64,000 nt of DNA, from assembly GCF_006345805.1 (NCBI RefSeq), contig NC_043004.1:19592001-19656000 (forward strand). The letters are read 5' to 3'. Positions within the stretch are counted from its first letter, which is position 1; every line of letters begins with the position of its first letter. This document shows positions 1 through 12,569 of the stretch, piece after piece. The DNA is from Octopus sinensis (Eukaryota). The notes below the pieces were generated by a model, which saw only the letters and a list, made by a program, of their open reading frames with translations, did no database searches and was not told the DNA's origin. The position numbers were made by a program, and so were the translations under genes.

Positions 1-170
1 TGCATACATGTATGTATATGTATGTATGTATGTGTGTATGTATGTATGTATGTGTGCATGTATATATGTATGTATGTATATATGTATGTATATATATATA
101 TGCATGTATGTATGTATGTATGTATGTACATAAGTATGTATTCATGTATGTGTGTATGTATGCATGTAAA
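1..170. repeat. (TATG)n/(TA)n compound microsatellite
   Basis: Direct reading; explains the MYVC-type ORFs 12..230 and 22..306. Confidence 0.95.
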
Positions 171-194
171 TCTTTTATCTTTTGTAATTTTTCA

Positions 195-345
195 TGTTCC
201 AGGACTGTGGCCACGCCGAAGAAGTTTTAGTAGAATCAATCGACTCCAGTACACATTTTTTAAAGCCTACTACTTATTCTGTCGGTTTCTTTTAACAAAC
301 CGCTAAGTTACGGAGTCGTAAACACATCAACACCGGTTGTCAAGC
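195..345 (-). mobile_element. SINE family A, diverged 3' half
   Basis: Reverse complement resembles the gcttgacaaccg...cttagcggtt...ggtcgatt...atggccgcagtc 3' half of the complete copies. Confidence 0.7.
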
Positions 346-561
346 GCGCATGCACACACACACACACACGCGCGCGCACACACACACACAAACAAACACA
401 TATATGAGAAGCTTCGGTGAGTCCGAGATTAGAGTAGAAGACACTTGGCCAAGGTGTCACACAGTGGGATTGAAACCGGGACCATATATGTGTATATATA
501 TGTATGCATGTATATATATATATATATATATATATATTAATATATATATATATTATATATA

Positions 562-652
<91 letters not shown>

Positions 653-667
653 CATGAATACTTATAT

Positions 668-826
668 GTCGTGGCTGTGTGGTAAGTAGCTTGCTAACCA
701 ACCACATGGTTCTGGGTTCTGTCCCACTGCGTGGCATCTTGGGCAAGTGTCTTCTGCTATAGCCTCGGGCCGACGAAAGCCTTGTGAGTGGATTTGGTAG
801 ACGGAAACTGAAAGAAGCCTGTCGTA

Positions 827-895
<69 letters not shown>

Positions 896-1112
896 ATGTG
901 TGTGTATATGTTTGTGTGTCTGTGTTTGTCCCTCTAGCATTGCTTGACAACCGATGATGGTGTGTTTACGTCTCCGTCACTTAGCGGTTCGGCTAAAGAG
1001 AATGATAGAATAAGTACTGGGCTTACAAAGAATAAGTCCCGGGGTCGATTTGCTCGACTAAAGGCGGTGCTCCAGCATAGCCGCAGTCAAATGACTGAAA
1101 CAAGTAAAAGAG
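668..1112 (+). mobile_element. SINE family A (tRNA-derived head, internal (TA)n tract, LINE-like 3' tail)
   Basis: Head gtggctgtgtggt (A-box-like) and ggttctgtccc (B-box-like); body cttgggcaagtgtcttct; tail ggcggtgctccagcat...gactgaaacaagtaaaag; near-identical to the copies at 11362, 20295, 39653, 62376. Confidence 0.9.
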
Positions 1113-1156
<44 letters not shown>

Positions 1157-2384
1157 TATTATATATATATGTGTGTGTGTGTGTATGTACGTGCATGTAT
1201 GCGTGTATATATATATATATATATATAGGTGTGAAATTTGACTGGCAACTGTTGCTATCAGAGTAAGCGGCTGTGAGAAGGGGAGTGTACAAAGAAAGAG
1301 AAGGGAAGGAGAAATTTCTCTCAAGGGGAGAGAAGCGATTAAGACATCGGTATGTGTATATACGAACAAGCATTCGTATATACATATACACTCATACACA
1401 GACATACAGAAGGCAATAAATGCTTTATGATATATGAGTATGCCTGTTGGTAAGAACATATGAACCATAATTCTCATTGTTGGTGTTGCTTTATATATAC
1501 ATAAAATATATTGTGTTATTCGCGTTATTCTTTTATACATATGTCAGGTAGCATTTGAAATGTTCGTTAAATCTACATGTAAGCCATGGACAAATATTTA
1601 CCTAATAAACTTTATTTTATAAAGATAATTTCTTTTTCATCTGATGAGGTTTATTCGTCACTGAATTCGTAAGGAATACATATTTCTCTCACCTCTTAAT
1701 ACAGTAGAGCAGAAATGTAGAAAAACAATGAAAATCAATTGAAAATAATGTCATTGAAAATAATACAATTAATGTATATACAAATACTGTCTATTTTTTA
1801 TTGGAAACCTTCAGTTTTCTTTTGTTTTCTTGCACTTTCGTTGCAAAAGGCCGCAAGTAAAATGAAAATAAGGAAAACAAAAATATAGAAAAGAAATATA
1901 AAAAAGAAAATTAATATAGAAAGCATGAATGAGATAAATATATTCTTATAGAAAGAGAACTAAAATATTATCACCCAAACAATTAAAATAGAAAAGCTTC
2001 CAACTGATGCTATATTTTCTTTCATTTCAAAGACTTGCTTATTGGGAAAATTATTGAAGGTTGAAATATCGATTTGTATTTGATCAAACATTTTCTTGGG
2101 ACAAATGAAGTAGATACTATTTATTTTAGGAATAGAAACTTACTTCCTCGGTTATAGAATTCATGTTAAGAGTATTTGTTGACTTAAGCACTCCGGGATA
2201 GAAATATCTCAACACAAAGGATCTCAGACTTCGTATTTATATAACCGCACTGTCAGACCTAGCATCAGTAGAATGTTGAATCCAGTGGATAAAAAGTAAA
2301 TCGTCAGTAAAAGAGAAAGAATAACAAAACAGTGTTCAAACCTCATTAGTAACTAATATATTTCTACATATTTGTAAATTGGTT

Positions 2385-2585
2385 TAACATTTTGGCAAAC
2401 GCCAGCAATTTCGGTGAAGTAAGTAAGTCGATGAATTCCACCACAATGCCCAGTTGGTGCTTTTTTTTATCGACCACAAAAGGATGAAAGGCAAAGTCGA
2501 TCTCGGTGGAATTTGAACTTAGAAACGGACGAAATACCGTAAAGCATTCTGCCCGGCGTGCTAATGATTCAACCAACTCGCTGCA
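2385..2585 (-). mobile_element. SINE family B (tRNA-derived; central gtcgactttgcctttcatcctttcggggtcgataa domain), diverged
   Basis: Reverse-complement match to the 49515-49745 copy. Confidence 0.75.
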
Positions 2586-2774
2586 CTTATTAGTAAATTA
2601 GAAGACCATCTAAATAGTTGCAGTTGTCTTAGAAAATAATTAGTTGATTCACTACATTTTTATCCTATAGTATTAATTTGAATGCTTCATAGCTATTTTT
2701 TCTTAACTTGACGCAGAGGAAAAATGCATGCACCATCATACATTGATACATGCACACTTATTAGCATAAATGTG

Positions 2775-2990
2775 TTGGTTCCAACTTTTGGTACAAGAGC
2801 AGAAAATTTAGGGGTGGAGTAAATTGATTACATCGACCCCAGTACTCAACTGGTACTTATTTTATCGACCCCGAAAGGAGGAAAGGTGAAGTTGACTTCG
2901 AAAGAATTTGAACTCAGAATGTAGAGACGGACGAAGTACCATTAAGCATTTTGCCCGGCGTGCTAACAATTCTGTCAGTTTGCCGCCTTC
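2775..2990 (-). mobile_element. SINE family B
   Basis: atcgaccccagtactcaactggtactta...atcgaccccgaaagga...gcccggcgtgctaac...tttgccgcctt is the reverse complement of the family B pattern. Confidence 0.85.
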
Positions 2991-3004
2991 ATAAGTATAA
3001 ATAT

Positions 3005-3220
3005 ATTCATTTCTACTCTAGGCACAAAACTCGAAATTTTGGGAGAGGGTGCCAGTAGATAAGATCGACCTCAGTACGCAACTGCTACTTACTTTATCAA
3101 CCCCAAAAGGATGAAAGGCAAAGTTGACCTCGGCAGAGTTTGAACTCAGAACGTAACGGCAGACGAAATACCGCTAAACATTTCGCCCGGCGTGCTAACG
3201 TTTCTGCCAGCTCGCCGCGT
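3005..3220 (-). mobile_element. SINE family B
   Basis: Same motifs as the adjacent copy; third of three same-orientation copies in ~850 bp. Confidence 0.85.
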
Positions 3221-3431
3221 TTGAGTATAGATATATTGCAAAAATATATGTCACGTTTAAGTACGTCAAAATGAAATGTTGACCACAATGTTCAGAATAG
3301 GTATACTACTCACTATCGTACATATAATACAGAACAATGTACTCTGTCGGGGGGAACAAAAAACGGAGTGGGAGTGAGTGACTGTCAGAGGCGGTAAATC
3401 AGGCGGACAGCATTCAAAAATTTTGCTCTAA

Positions 3432-5893
3432 ATGACACGATGTGAACGAGGACAGGCGAGGTCCCTCCTGAACCTCATCAACACTCTGTACATGGAGCAA
3501 GTAATACTCCAACCAACCAGGGCAGGTAACATACTGGATCTTTGCTTCACAAATAATATGGATCTCATCCATAATGTGAAAGTGACACCGACACTACTCT
3601 CGGATCACAACATGGTAGAGCTGACCATGTACGGGCCAAAGGAAAGCATGGACATGCAGCCTACAAGAAACTCTCAGAATCTTTCCAGCTTGAACTTCCA
3701 TAAGGCAAACTGGAAACAAATTGAGAAAGAGATCCTCAAACAAAACTGGCCTGAATGTCTATCCTCGCCAGACATCGACATGAAACTTCAACAATTCATG
3801 TCTGTAATGCAAGCCATATGCTACAAATGTGTCCCAGAGAGAAAGGTCACTGTACACAAGAGCAAAATCCCCAGAGAGAAGAAAATTCTAATGAGACGGC
3901 GTACAAAAGTTTCAAATCGCCTAAACAAACAAATTGAAAGCAGGGAAAAGTCCCACCTGAAAATAAAACTGTTGGAAATTGAAAAATATCTGCAACTCTC
4001 CCATGAAAAAGAAAGAGCAGACAAAGAAGCCTGGGCTATAGACAACATAAAATCTAACCCCAGAGCTTTCTAAGGTATGCCAAAGAAACAGCTACGGTGC
4101 ACTGTAGGATAGGGCCACTCCTTGAAAAGGATGGTACACTCACAGGAAATCTAATGAGGGTAAGTGAAATACTAAATGAGCAATTCAAGAGTATTTTCAC
4201 TCCACCCCTAGGGCATTTTCAAGTCAGCAATCCAACTGACTTCTTTACCACTGCAGATATAAAATCAGAGGCAGTGATGATTGATTACATCAATATAAAG
4301 GAAGACGGTGTAATAAAGGCTATTGATGAAATGAAAATAAACTCAGCGACTGGCCCCGATGGATTCCCAGCAATCCTTCTAAAAGTATGTAAGAGAGTCC
4401 TAGCAAGACCACTGCAGTTCCTCTTTCAGAGCTTCCTTGCAACTGGTAAACTTCCAAGAAAACTGAAGGAAGGTAAAATATGCCCTATTCATAAAGGAGA
4501 TATCAGAGCGGAGGCTAAGAACTACAGACCTATCTCTCGGACCTCACACATCAGCAAGGTCATTGAACGAATAATCAGAAGGAAACTAATCACCTTCCTT
4601 GAAGAAAATGACTTGCTGCTTGACACCCAACATGGTTTCCGACCAGGAAGAAGCTGCTTAACTCAGCTCCTACAACACTATGACTGGGTGCTGAAACGAC
4701 TGCTCAACCACTCAAATGTGGAAGTCATATATCTCGACTTTGCAAAGGCCTTTGATAAAGTCGACCATGGAATGATATGTCACAAACTGCGTGATCTTGG
4801 CATTGTTGGAAAATTGGGAGAATGGCTTCATGACTTTCTGAAGGATAGAAGTCAGGTGGTAGTAGCCATTAAAACGCAAATAGTGAGCGGTGTTCCGCAA
4901 GGCACTGTTCTGGGACCACTACTGTTCATAATGGCCCTCTCAGACATGCCCCCAGCCACGCAGAGAGCCACGATCACAAGTTATGCAGATGATACAAAAG
5001 TTTCACAGGCAGTACAGAACCCTGAAGACACTAAGTACTTGCAATGTGAGCTGGACAAAATATACAAGTGGGCTGAAAAGAATAGCATGCAGTTCAATGC
5101 TGAAAAGTTTCAAGCTTTATGCTATCAGCATGCAAAACTAAATGCAATAACCAATAAATACACTGGACCTGGAGGGATTGCAATCCCAGAGGCACAATCA
5201 GTGCGAGACCTGGGTATTTACATGAGCGATGATGCAACCTTTCATGTGCATGTTGCTAAATTGGCAATGAAATGTAGGCGGCTGACCGGATGGATTCTTA
5301 GAACCTTTAGAACAAGAGACCAGGAAACCATGATGGTCCTCTGGAGGACACTTGTCCTAAGCTACTTTGACTATTGCTCTCAGCTATGGTCACCATCCAG
5401 TGTCAAGTTAATCACAGAACTTGAGGCGATCCAACGAAACTACACGAAGAAGATAGCCTCTGTGCAGCATATAAGCTATTGGAAAAGACTCAAGAGATTG
5501 AGACTCTATTCCTTAGAGCGTAGGCGAGAAAGATATGCCATAATATACATCTGGAAGATCCTAGAAGGCCTTGTCCCAAACTTTGGCATTGAGAGTTACA
5601 CAAATGCCAGAACTGGGCGCCATTGCACAGTGCCAAGGACTCCAAATTTGCCATCAAGATGTTGGACAAGATACTGTGATTGCCTGGGCTTCCGAGGCCC
5701 ACAGCTCTTCAATATCCTCCCGAAGAACCTAAGAGACCTGCATGGGGTGGATGCAGATGCCTTTAAAATAAAACTGGATCTCTTCTTGTCAGGTGTCCCA
5801 GATGAACCAACTTCACGGCAGGAGGTGCAGACGAGGGCAGCTGCATCGAACTCTCTCATGCACCAAATGGCAATTGCTAAAAAGCATTCGTGA
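3432..5893 (+). pseudogene. LINE ORF2 (endonuclease/reverse transcriptase) split by a 1-nt deletion at ~4072
   Basis: Restoring one base at ttc ta|agg tat gcc gives F-Y-R-Y-A-K-E-T-A-T-V and joins the two ORFs. A short in-frame loss before SGVPQG is also likely. Confidence 0.85.
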
Positions 5894-5975
5894 AGTAAAA
5901 TCATGTAGCAAGACCAAATGGCGGTGTCCCAGCATGGCCGCAGCTTGTGAGTTGAAACTAGATAAAAATAAAAAA
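3432..5975 (+). mobile_element. CR1/L2-group LINE, 5'-truncated (end of APE endonuclease, RT, 3' UTR, A-rich tail)
   Basis: ORF 3432..4073 has ILDLCFTN and LSDH (APE C-terminus). ORF 4097..5893 has NYRPIS, QHGFRPGRSC, YLDFAKAFDKVDH, SGVPQGTVLGPLLF, YADDTK and YSLERRRERY. A taaaaa-type tail follows at ~5962-6003. Confidence 0.95.
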
Positions 5976-6046
5976 TAAAAAAATAAAGAATAAAAAAAAT
6001 AAAGACGCTGGCAGTTTACTCAAAATAAAAGTGTAAATTGTATTTA

Positions 6047-7277
6047 TCAGGTGTTCCCATAAGTTCTGTCCGAATTTTGAATAAAGAAAACAAGTGATCA
6101 AATGTTATATTTAATTGAAATTTAATCATCAATGTACTTTCCTTGATTATCTATGACTTCCTTCCATCTATTTACAAGCTTTTTAATCCTATCAATGTAA
6201 AACTCTTTTGATTTCAAAGCGAAAAACTTTGAAATGTCAGTTTCGACCTCTTCCTGGCTTGCGAAAGTTATATCCACCAAATGATTCTGTTAACCACGAA
6301 ACAAATGGTAGTCTGAACGAGCAAGGTCGAGAGAATAAGGTTAATGAGGAATTTTTTCACAACCAAGCACTTTAATCATTTGTGATGTGATCTTTGCAGT
6401 GTGGGGTCGCGCATTGTCCCGATGAAACATCACTCCTTTTCGATTCAATAAAGCGGGTAATTTTTTTCTTCAAAGATTGGTTCAAATGCTCTAATTGCTG
6501 ACAGTAGACTTGAGCATTGATTGTTGCATTAGGTGGTAACAATTCAAAGTGAATTACTTCTTTTCAATCCCACTAGATAGAAAGAAGAATCTGTTTCCTA
6601 TGAAGTTCCTTTCTCGGTTGTGATTGAGCTTTTTCCGTTTTACCAAGCCACTGTTTATGACGTTTAACATTTCGTTAGAAGATCCAATTTTCCTTACCAG
6701 TCACAAGTCTATCCAAAAAGGGTGAAATGAATTCGCGAGACTGGAGAGAAGGGCAACTAGGGATTTGCGGTTGCTTACAGACAATTCATGAGGCACCCAT
6801 TTTCCAAGTTTACGAACCTTTGCAAGTTGTTGACGATGAGCAGCTGTATGGTTTGAACTAAGCTTTATTGCTAATTCTTCAACTGATAATGCATGATTTT
6901 CTTCAAGTAATGCCTCAAGGAACTTATCATCAAACTCAAATGGACGTCCTGTTCGATCTTCAAGGCTGAAATCTCCACTTCTGAATTTTGCAAACCATCT
7001 TCTGGAAGTTCTTTCATTCAAGCATTCTTTCCCATAAACTGAGTGTATGTTTCGAGCCGCTTCGGCTGCAGTGTTTCCTTTTTAGTATTCATAAAGCATT
7101 ATGTGCCTTAAATGCTTTTTGGATAATTCCATGTTAGAAAGGGTCTTAATCAAAGATATTTTAATTCTATTATTCTGTAAAATAGTATTTAATTAGTTTA
7201 AATGTGTTCCAAAATACTATTAAATTTCATTCAATTTTAAAAATGTAAAATAAGACAGAACTAATGGGATGGCCTGA
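6047..7277 (-). mobile_element. Full-length mariner (Tc1/mariner, D,D34D type) DNA transposon, inactive
   Basis: TIRs tcaggtgttcccataagttctgtc / revcomp tcaggccatcccattagttctgtc, flanked by TA at 6045-6046 and 7278-7279. Transposase runs ~7132 to 6122: MELSKKHLRH, WVPHEL, FHRDNAR, PYSLDLARSDYHLF, ending GKYIDD*. It has stops and frameshifts. Confidence 0.93.
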
Positions 7278-8664
7278 TAGTTAATCTATTTCACACCCAC
7301 CCACACACACACACACAAATATATATATATATTTATATAAAATTAAATATCAAACATTTGTTTAGAAAACATTGTTCACATAACATACCCTAAATGTCAG
7401 TGTTGTGTGAGCGATAATACACACACACACACACACACTCACAGGCAGACATGCATATACACATTTTCATTTTCTCTTCTTTCGCTTTAGTCCGTTTTTC
7501 TATTATTGCCCTTTCTGAAGTAAGGAGCCCTTACTTCCTTTTCCAAGTTAAATATATATTTTATTGATTTCATCGATCTAAAAAAAATGTAAAGAAGCAT
7601 ACGCGCGCGCACACACATCCACACATGCATACACACATGTGTATATATATGCATAATTTTGCAATTTTGCAAACATGCTAAGGTGTATATACAAATATGT
7701 ATGCGTATTTATGTATATATATATACACAGACACAGACACAGACACAGACATGTATCATATAGACATTTTCAATCGAGAACTTGCAATCGTATTTGATTC
7801 ATTAAGCACATCACTTCTGTGTATGTACATTTATTTATTAGATTGCTGACATTTATCAATAGTTTCTTGTTGATTTGTATCTTTAATAGAATTGTCGGCA
7901 ATTTTGACGACACGGGAATACTAGTTACATAAGAATACTCTAAACCATGCACTCTGCTATTACTATTTTGAATCGAATAACATAATATCATCACTAATCC
8001 ACCCGAATGAAGTGGTCATTACACCACCAGATCACTCATAAGTTAAGCGTGTTTCAACTAAAATTCTCTTAATACATTCACTCAGTATAATTATTGGATA
8101 TTAACTTCGTTTGTGCCTAAAGTATCGCAAGTAGATGTTGACAGCCAAAAGGCTAGCTAGTGTATTTATAAATATATCAACATAAATCTATATCTGTCAA
8201 ATTACTAAACATATTGCGGATATCATACTCTTTATTGTTACGCGTTTAATAACTTTAAAGAAACTAATAGTCAAATATTTATGGAAACTTCCACCTTCCA
8301 CATGCAGTTCTTTCGTGTAATGCTCAGTATGTTAAAACACACTTTGAAACAGATCCTGATGAATCCTTAAGCAGTTATTAACCAAACACTTCTCAGTATG
8401 CCGCAACATACATTCTAAATTATGTGTTTGGAAACTTGTCGCTTCTTAGTAATCGGTATTTAATTTTTAGTTATTGCACCTCTTCAACCATTTACCTTGC
8501 CATAACTTGACACCAGTACTCATTCTTGCTCCGCAGTTGTAAAGCTTTATACTGAATTTCATTCAATGCTACAAATTGAATTTCTTGAATCATCGATATG
8601 AGCTGAAAAATGTTGATAATAATAAAAAAGTATAGAATAAAAAGTAATGATATTACCAACAATA

Positions 8665-8697
<33 letters not shown>

Positions 8698-8740
8698 GCA
8701 GAAGCAGCAACAGCAACAACAACAACAAGAAGGACGACGA
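8665..8740. repeat. (CAG)n/(CAA)n trinucleotide microsatellite
   Basis: Direct reading. Confidence 0.9.
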
Positions 8741-9744
8741 CTACAATACCGACTTCAATAAAAGTACTACAGGCAATATTGAATTCTTTTACAGTTTGAG
8801 TAATAATAATAAGAAAATATCGTCACTAACCAGCAAAAATAATAATAATTCACTGGCACTTTTGCTGTAATTTCAAATATATTTATGTTCTAACTTCATT
8901 TCCATCAAAAACGTGATGGAAATTGAAATTCAGTTAATTTTTCCTAACTTTATCCAACACATTTCAAAGAAGTGAAAAGCATAGTGACGCAGAAATAACG
9001 AACACCGAAGCGAAACACGTAACTTAGTAATTTTCGTTTTCTCCCAATACCTTTTATTACAGTGCAAACGGTGAACTAATTTTATGTGAGAACTACGCGC
9101 CAACATTTTATGTTATTGGATAGAATTTAAGTAACAAGGGAAATTTTGATGAAAAAGGTGCGAGTCATATATAAAAAAAGAAAAGAATCCGCTTGCAAAC
9201 ATGGGAAATATTTTAAAGAAACAATTCATTTATTCATTCTTTGAAGTGTTAAAACACCAAATTAATTTTACTTCAACACCTCTGTCTTTATTTATTTACA
9301 CTGTCTTTCATGCATTTTATCAATAAATGAGAGCAAATTCAGTACAAATCGAACGGATACTGTACCCTGTAGGATGACAGTGTTATGTTTCCTTCACTTG
9401 CAAAAGCTTCAATACATATACGGTTAACCCATCACCCAAAATACTAAGAATTGGAAGTGTTTCAGATTTCGAATTTTTGAATGACTGTACGTTTTCTTTG
9501 TTTAAAAGTAGGCCTGTTCGAGAATGAAACTCACGTCTAAATAGGTTTAAAACTGGATTGCCATCATACTTTTGAAGTATGGTGGCAATCAAGACAGACC
9601 AGAACGAAGTTGTTTGCTACATACAACTCAATAGGTGCAGGTATGGCTGTGTGGTAAGGAGATCTTTTCCTAACCACATGGCCCCGAGTTCAGTCCTTGT
9701 GAGTGGATTTGGGAGACGGAAATTGAAAGAATCTCGCCGCATAT

Positions 9745-9803
<59 letters not shown>

Positions 9804-9915
9804 ATATATATATTATAAAAATGATAAGATAACAAAAGAATGAAAGAGACCTCGCTATTATGTAAATAAGGGAATTTATCTGTAAATGTAATATGTGACA
9901 ATTATTCAGTAGCTA

Positions 9916-9978
9916 TGATAAAACTCCGAGTTTCGGATGCCGAGGTGGAAATCCATGACGCCATCTCTTCAGTTATCC
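9916..9978 (-). ncRNA. Type I hammerhead ribozyme motif (minus-strand copy)
   Basis: Minus strand reads ggataa CTGAAGA gatg...catc c GAAA ctcggag TT ttatca; stem I gataa/ttatc. Confidence 0.7.
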
Positions 9979-10042
9979 GGCCATCGGGAAAATGCTATGA
10001 ATAATGCTATGAAAAATGTTTCATAGCATTTTCCCAATGACC

Positions 10043-10105
10043 TGATAACTGAAGAGATGGCGGCGTGGATTTCCACCTCGGCATCCGAAACTCGGAGTTT
10101 TATCA
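10043..10105 (+). ncRNA. Type I hammerhead ribozyme motif
   Basis: tgataa (stem I) CTGAAGA, ~13-bp imperfect stem II (gatg...gtgg-attt-ccac...catc), extra C, GAAA, near-palindromic stem III actc-g-gagt, triplet GUU (10097-10099), ttatca (6-bp stem I). Confidence 0.75.
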
Positions 10106-10147
10106 TGGCTACCGAATAATTGTCACATATTACATTTACATGTATAT

Positions 10148-10184
<37 letters not shown>

Positions 10185-11201
10185 CTGTGTGTGTCCTCGC
10201 CAACCGGTGTTGCTGTGTTTACATCCCCATAACGTAGCTGTTCGGCTGAAGTGACTAATGCAACAAATACCAAGCTTAAATAAAGAAAATGTGTACCGGG
10301 ACCGATTCATTCGACTAAATTTCTTTAAGGTGGTCGCAGTCTAATGATTCCTAAAATATAATGTATCCTTCTCCTAAACTCAATATCCATGTCATTAGTT
10401 AACAAATTCACATCACAATTTTTAAAGAATATGAACCCACGATCGATGACCTTTAGATATTTGGCACTCCCACCCCACAAAAAAAATTCCAGACACATAC
10501 AGATAGGCCGTTTCTCTCTTTCTCTTGCACACATGCACATAAACCCACTCACATGCAAACTCACACTCACACACAAATACACACTCACATTAATAATCAC
10601 ATATACCCTGTCTAATTCATATGTATCTCTTTCCTACGAAATGTCAAATATTTTCGTTTTATTTCTGCACAAAATCAAAAGAAGGGAGAAATTTATCTCT
10701 GATAGTAAATCTATTATTAGAAGAGCAGTCAAGGTTAATGGCTCTCAACTGCTTTTGCTTCAATGCTTCCTTCAGATAACGTACACTCGACAATAACACC
10801 CAACAACCAGTTACATTTATAATGTGCGATGGTTTTTGGCTTGTCTACAGCAGATATGGTATAATCTGGGCATTATGCAGGCTCATTGAAAAATCCGGGT
10901 CTACTACATAGTCGATCAATTTGGAACTGATAGCTATAAATTCTTCAGTGGAAGAAAGAGTGAATGAAATATATATGCATGAATGAAGTAAAAAGAATTA
11001 TGAAAAACAAAACTCGGAGAAAGCCAAGACATTTGTAACATATTAATAACGCCAAACTGAACAAAACGGGGAGTACATCATAACTACTAATAACGTTTTC
11101 CCAAAAGTTTTGTTAAATATTTATTCCTTAACATTTTATTTTTTTACTCGTTTCAGCCAGCCATTGGATGCCTTACCTGCTTACTACTTTTGCTGTGTAA
11201 G

Positions 11202-11811
<610 letters not shown>

Positions 11812-11899
11812 ATATATTATATATATATATATATCACAAACAGGAATGGAGAAAATGTCATCTTTAAATGTAGAATTCACTTTACAAAGTCGACAATTC

Positions 11900-12325
11900 T
11901 TTCTACTGTGTTAACATATTTGGTATAGAAAATATTGAAAATTAATATTTCCGAAAATACATGTTAACACGATGTTTTCTAAACGATGAAGAGGAAAGTG
12001 AGGGTGAAGAAGGAAGTTCAAACCCCTAGAAAATTTGTTGAAAGGTGGGTGAATGCAGTGAGGAAGACTCATGCGAATAGGCCTACACTGAACATGTGCT
12101 TGCAAGTCGGAGGGGCTGAGAAGGAGAGAGGTGCCTTCCTGAATCTCTCTTGGTTGTCGGAGTGATCAGGATGTGTGGAATTCCTTGGTTGGGCCTGGGT
12201 GGAACTTGATCCACTTTTTGAGAATTTGATTTTAAATTTTTGTCAATTGTTTTTGTTTTACTCGAGTTTGTTTCTTAAACCACACTTGTCCCTTTTTGTT
12301 TTATTGTCGGCTTTTAATAATAAAG
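11900..12325 (+). mobile_element. Probable 3' end of an L1/Tx1-clade LINE (degenerate)
   Basis: Frame reading KVRVKKEVQTPRKFVERWVNAVRKTHANRPTLNMCL resembles Tx1-type ORF2 C-termini as I recall them; T-rich 3' UTR ends in aataaag. Confidence 0.5.
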
Positions 12326-12351
12326 AAATTATTATTATTATTATTATTGAA

Positions 12352-12565
12352 TAAGAGACCAGTGCATGCCATCAAAGTGACACTGAGGTAAAATATACGA
12401 AGCCCAATATACCTATCATGACTACCCGTCTGATAAAGGTACACTAGGCACATGCATCACAACCATATGTGCACAACATGGTGGTCTCATATCAAGATAG
12501 CAGTGCATAACCTTGTAGGTGGGGCCCAGTTACAATTTTCGTCGTTGAGTACCCCATCTCAACCA
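12352..12565 (-). mobile_element. Non-coding (TAA)n-associated repeat (family T), 3' part
   Basis: Matches 22300-22885; abuts (TTA)n at ~12327-12348. Confidence 0.8.
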
Positions 12566-12569
12566 AAAA

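Larger units (their letters stand above)
9881..10140. repeat. Inverted repeat with 121-bp arms and 18-nt spacer
   Basis: 9881-10001 is the reverse complement of 10020-10140 with a few mismatches. Confidence 0.95.
9634..10340 (+). mobile_element. SINE family A interrupted in its (TA)n tract by a palindromic hammerhead-bearing insert
   Basis: SINE 5' part at 9634-9750 (internally deleted) and 3' part at ~10180-10340; 9815-10140 is unrelated sequence between (TA)n runs. Confidence 0.7.

Noticed and set aside
1635-1680. CTGATGAG followed by gaattcgtaagg, a possible hammerhead
   Set aside because: GAAA is incomplete and stems I and II cannot be formed; at most a decayed remnant.
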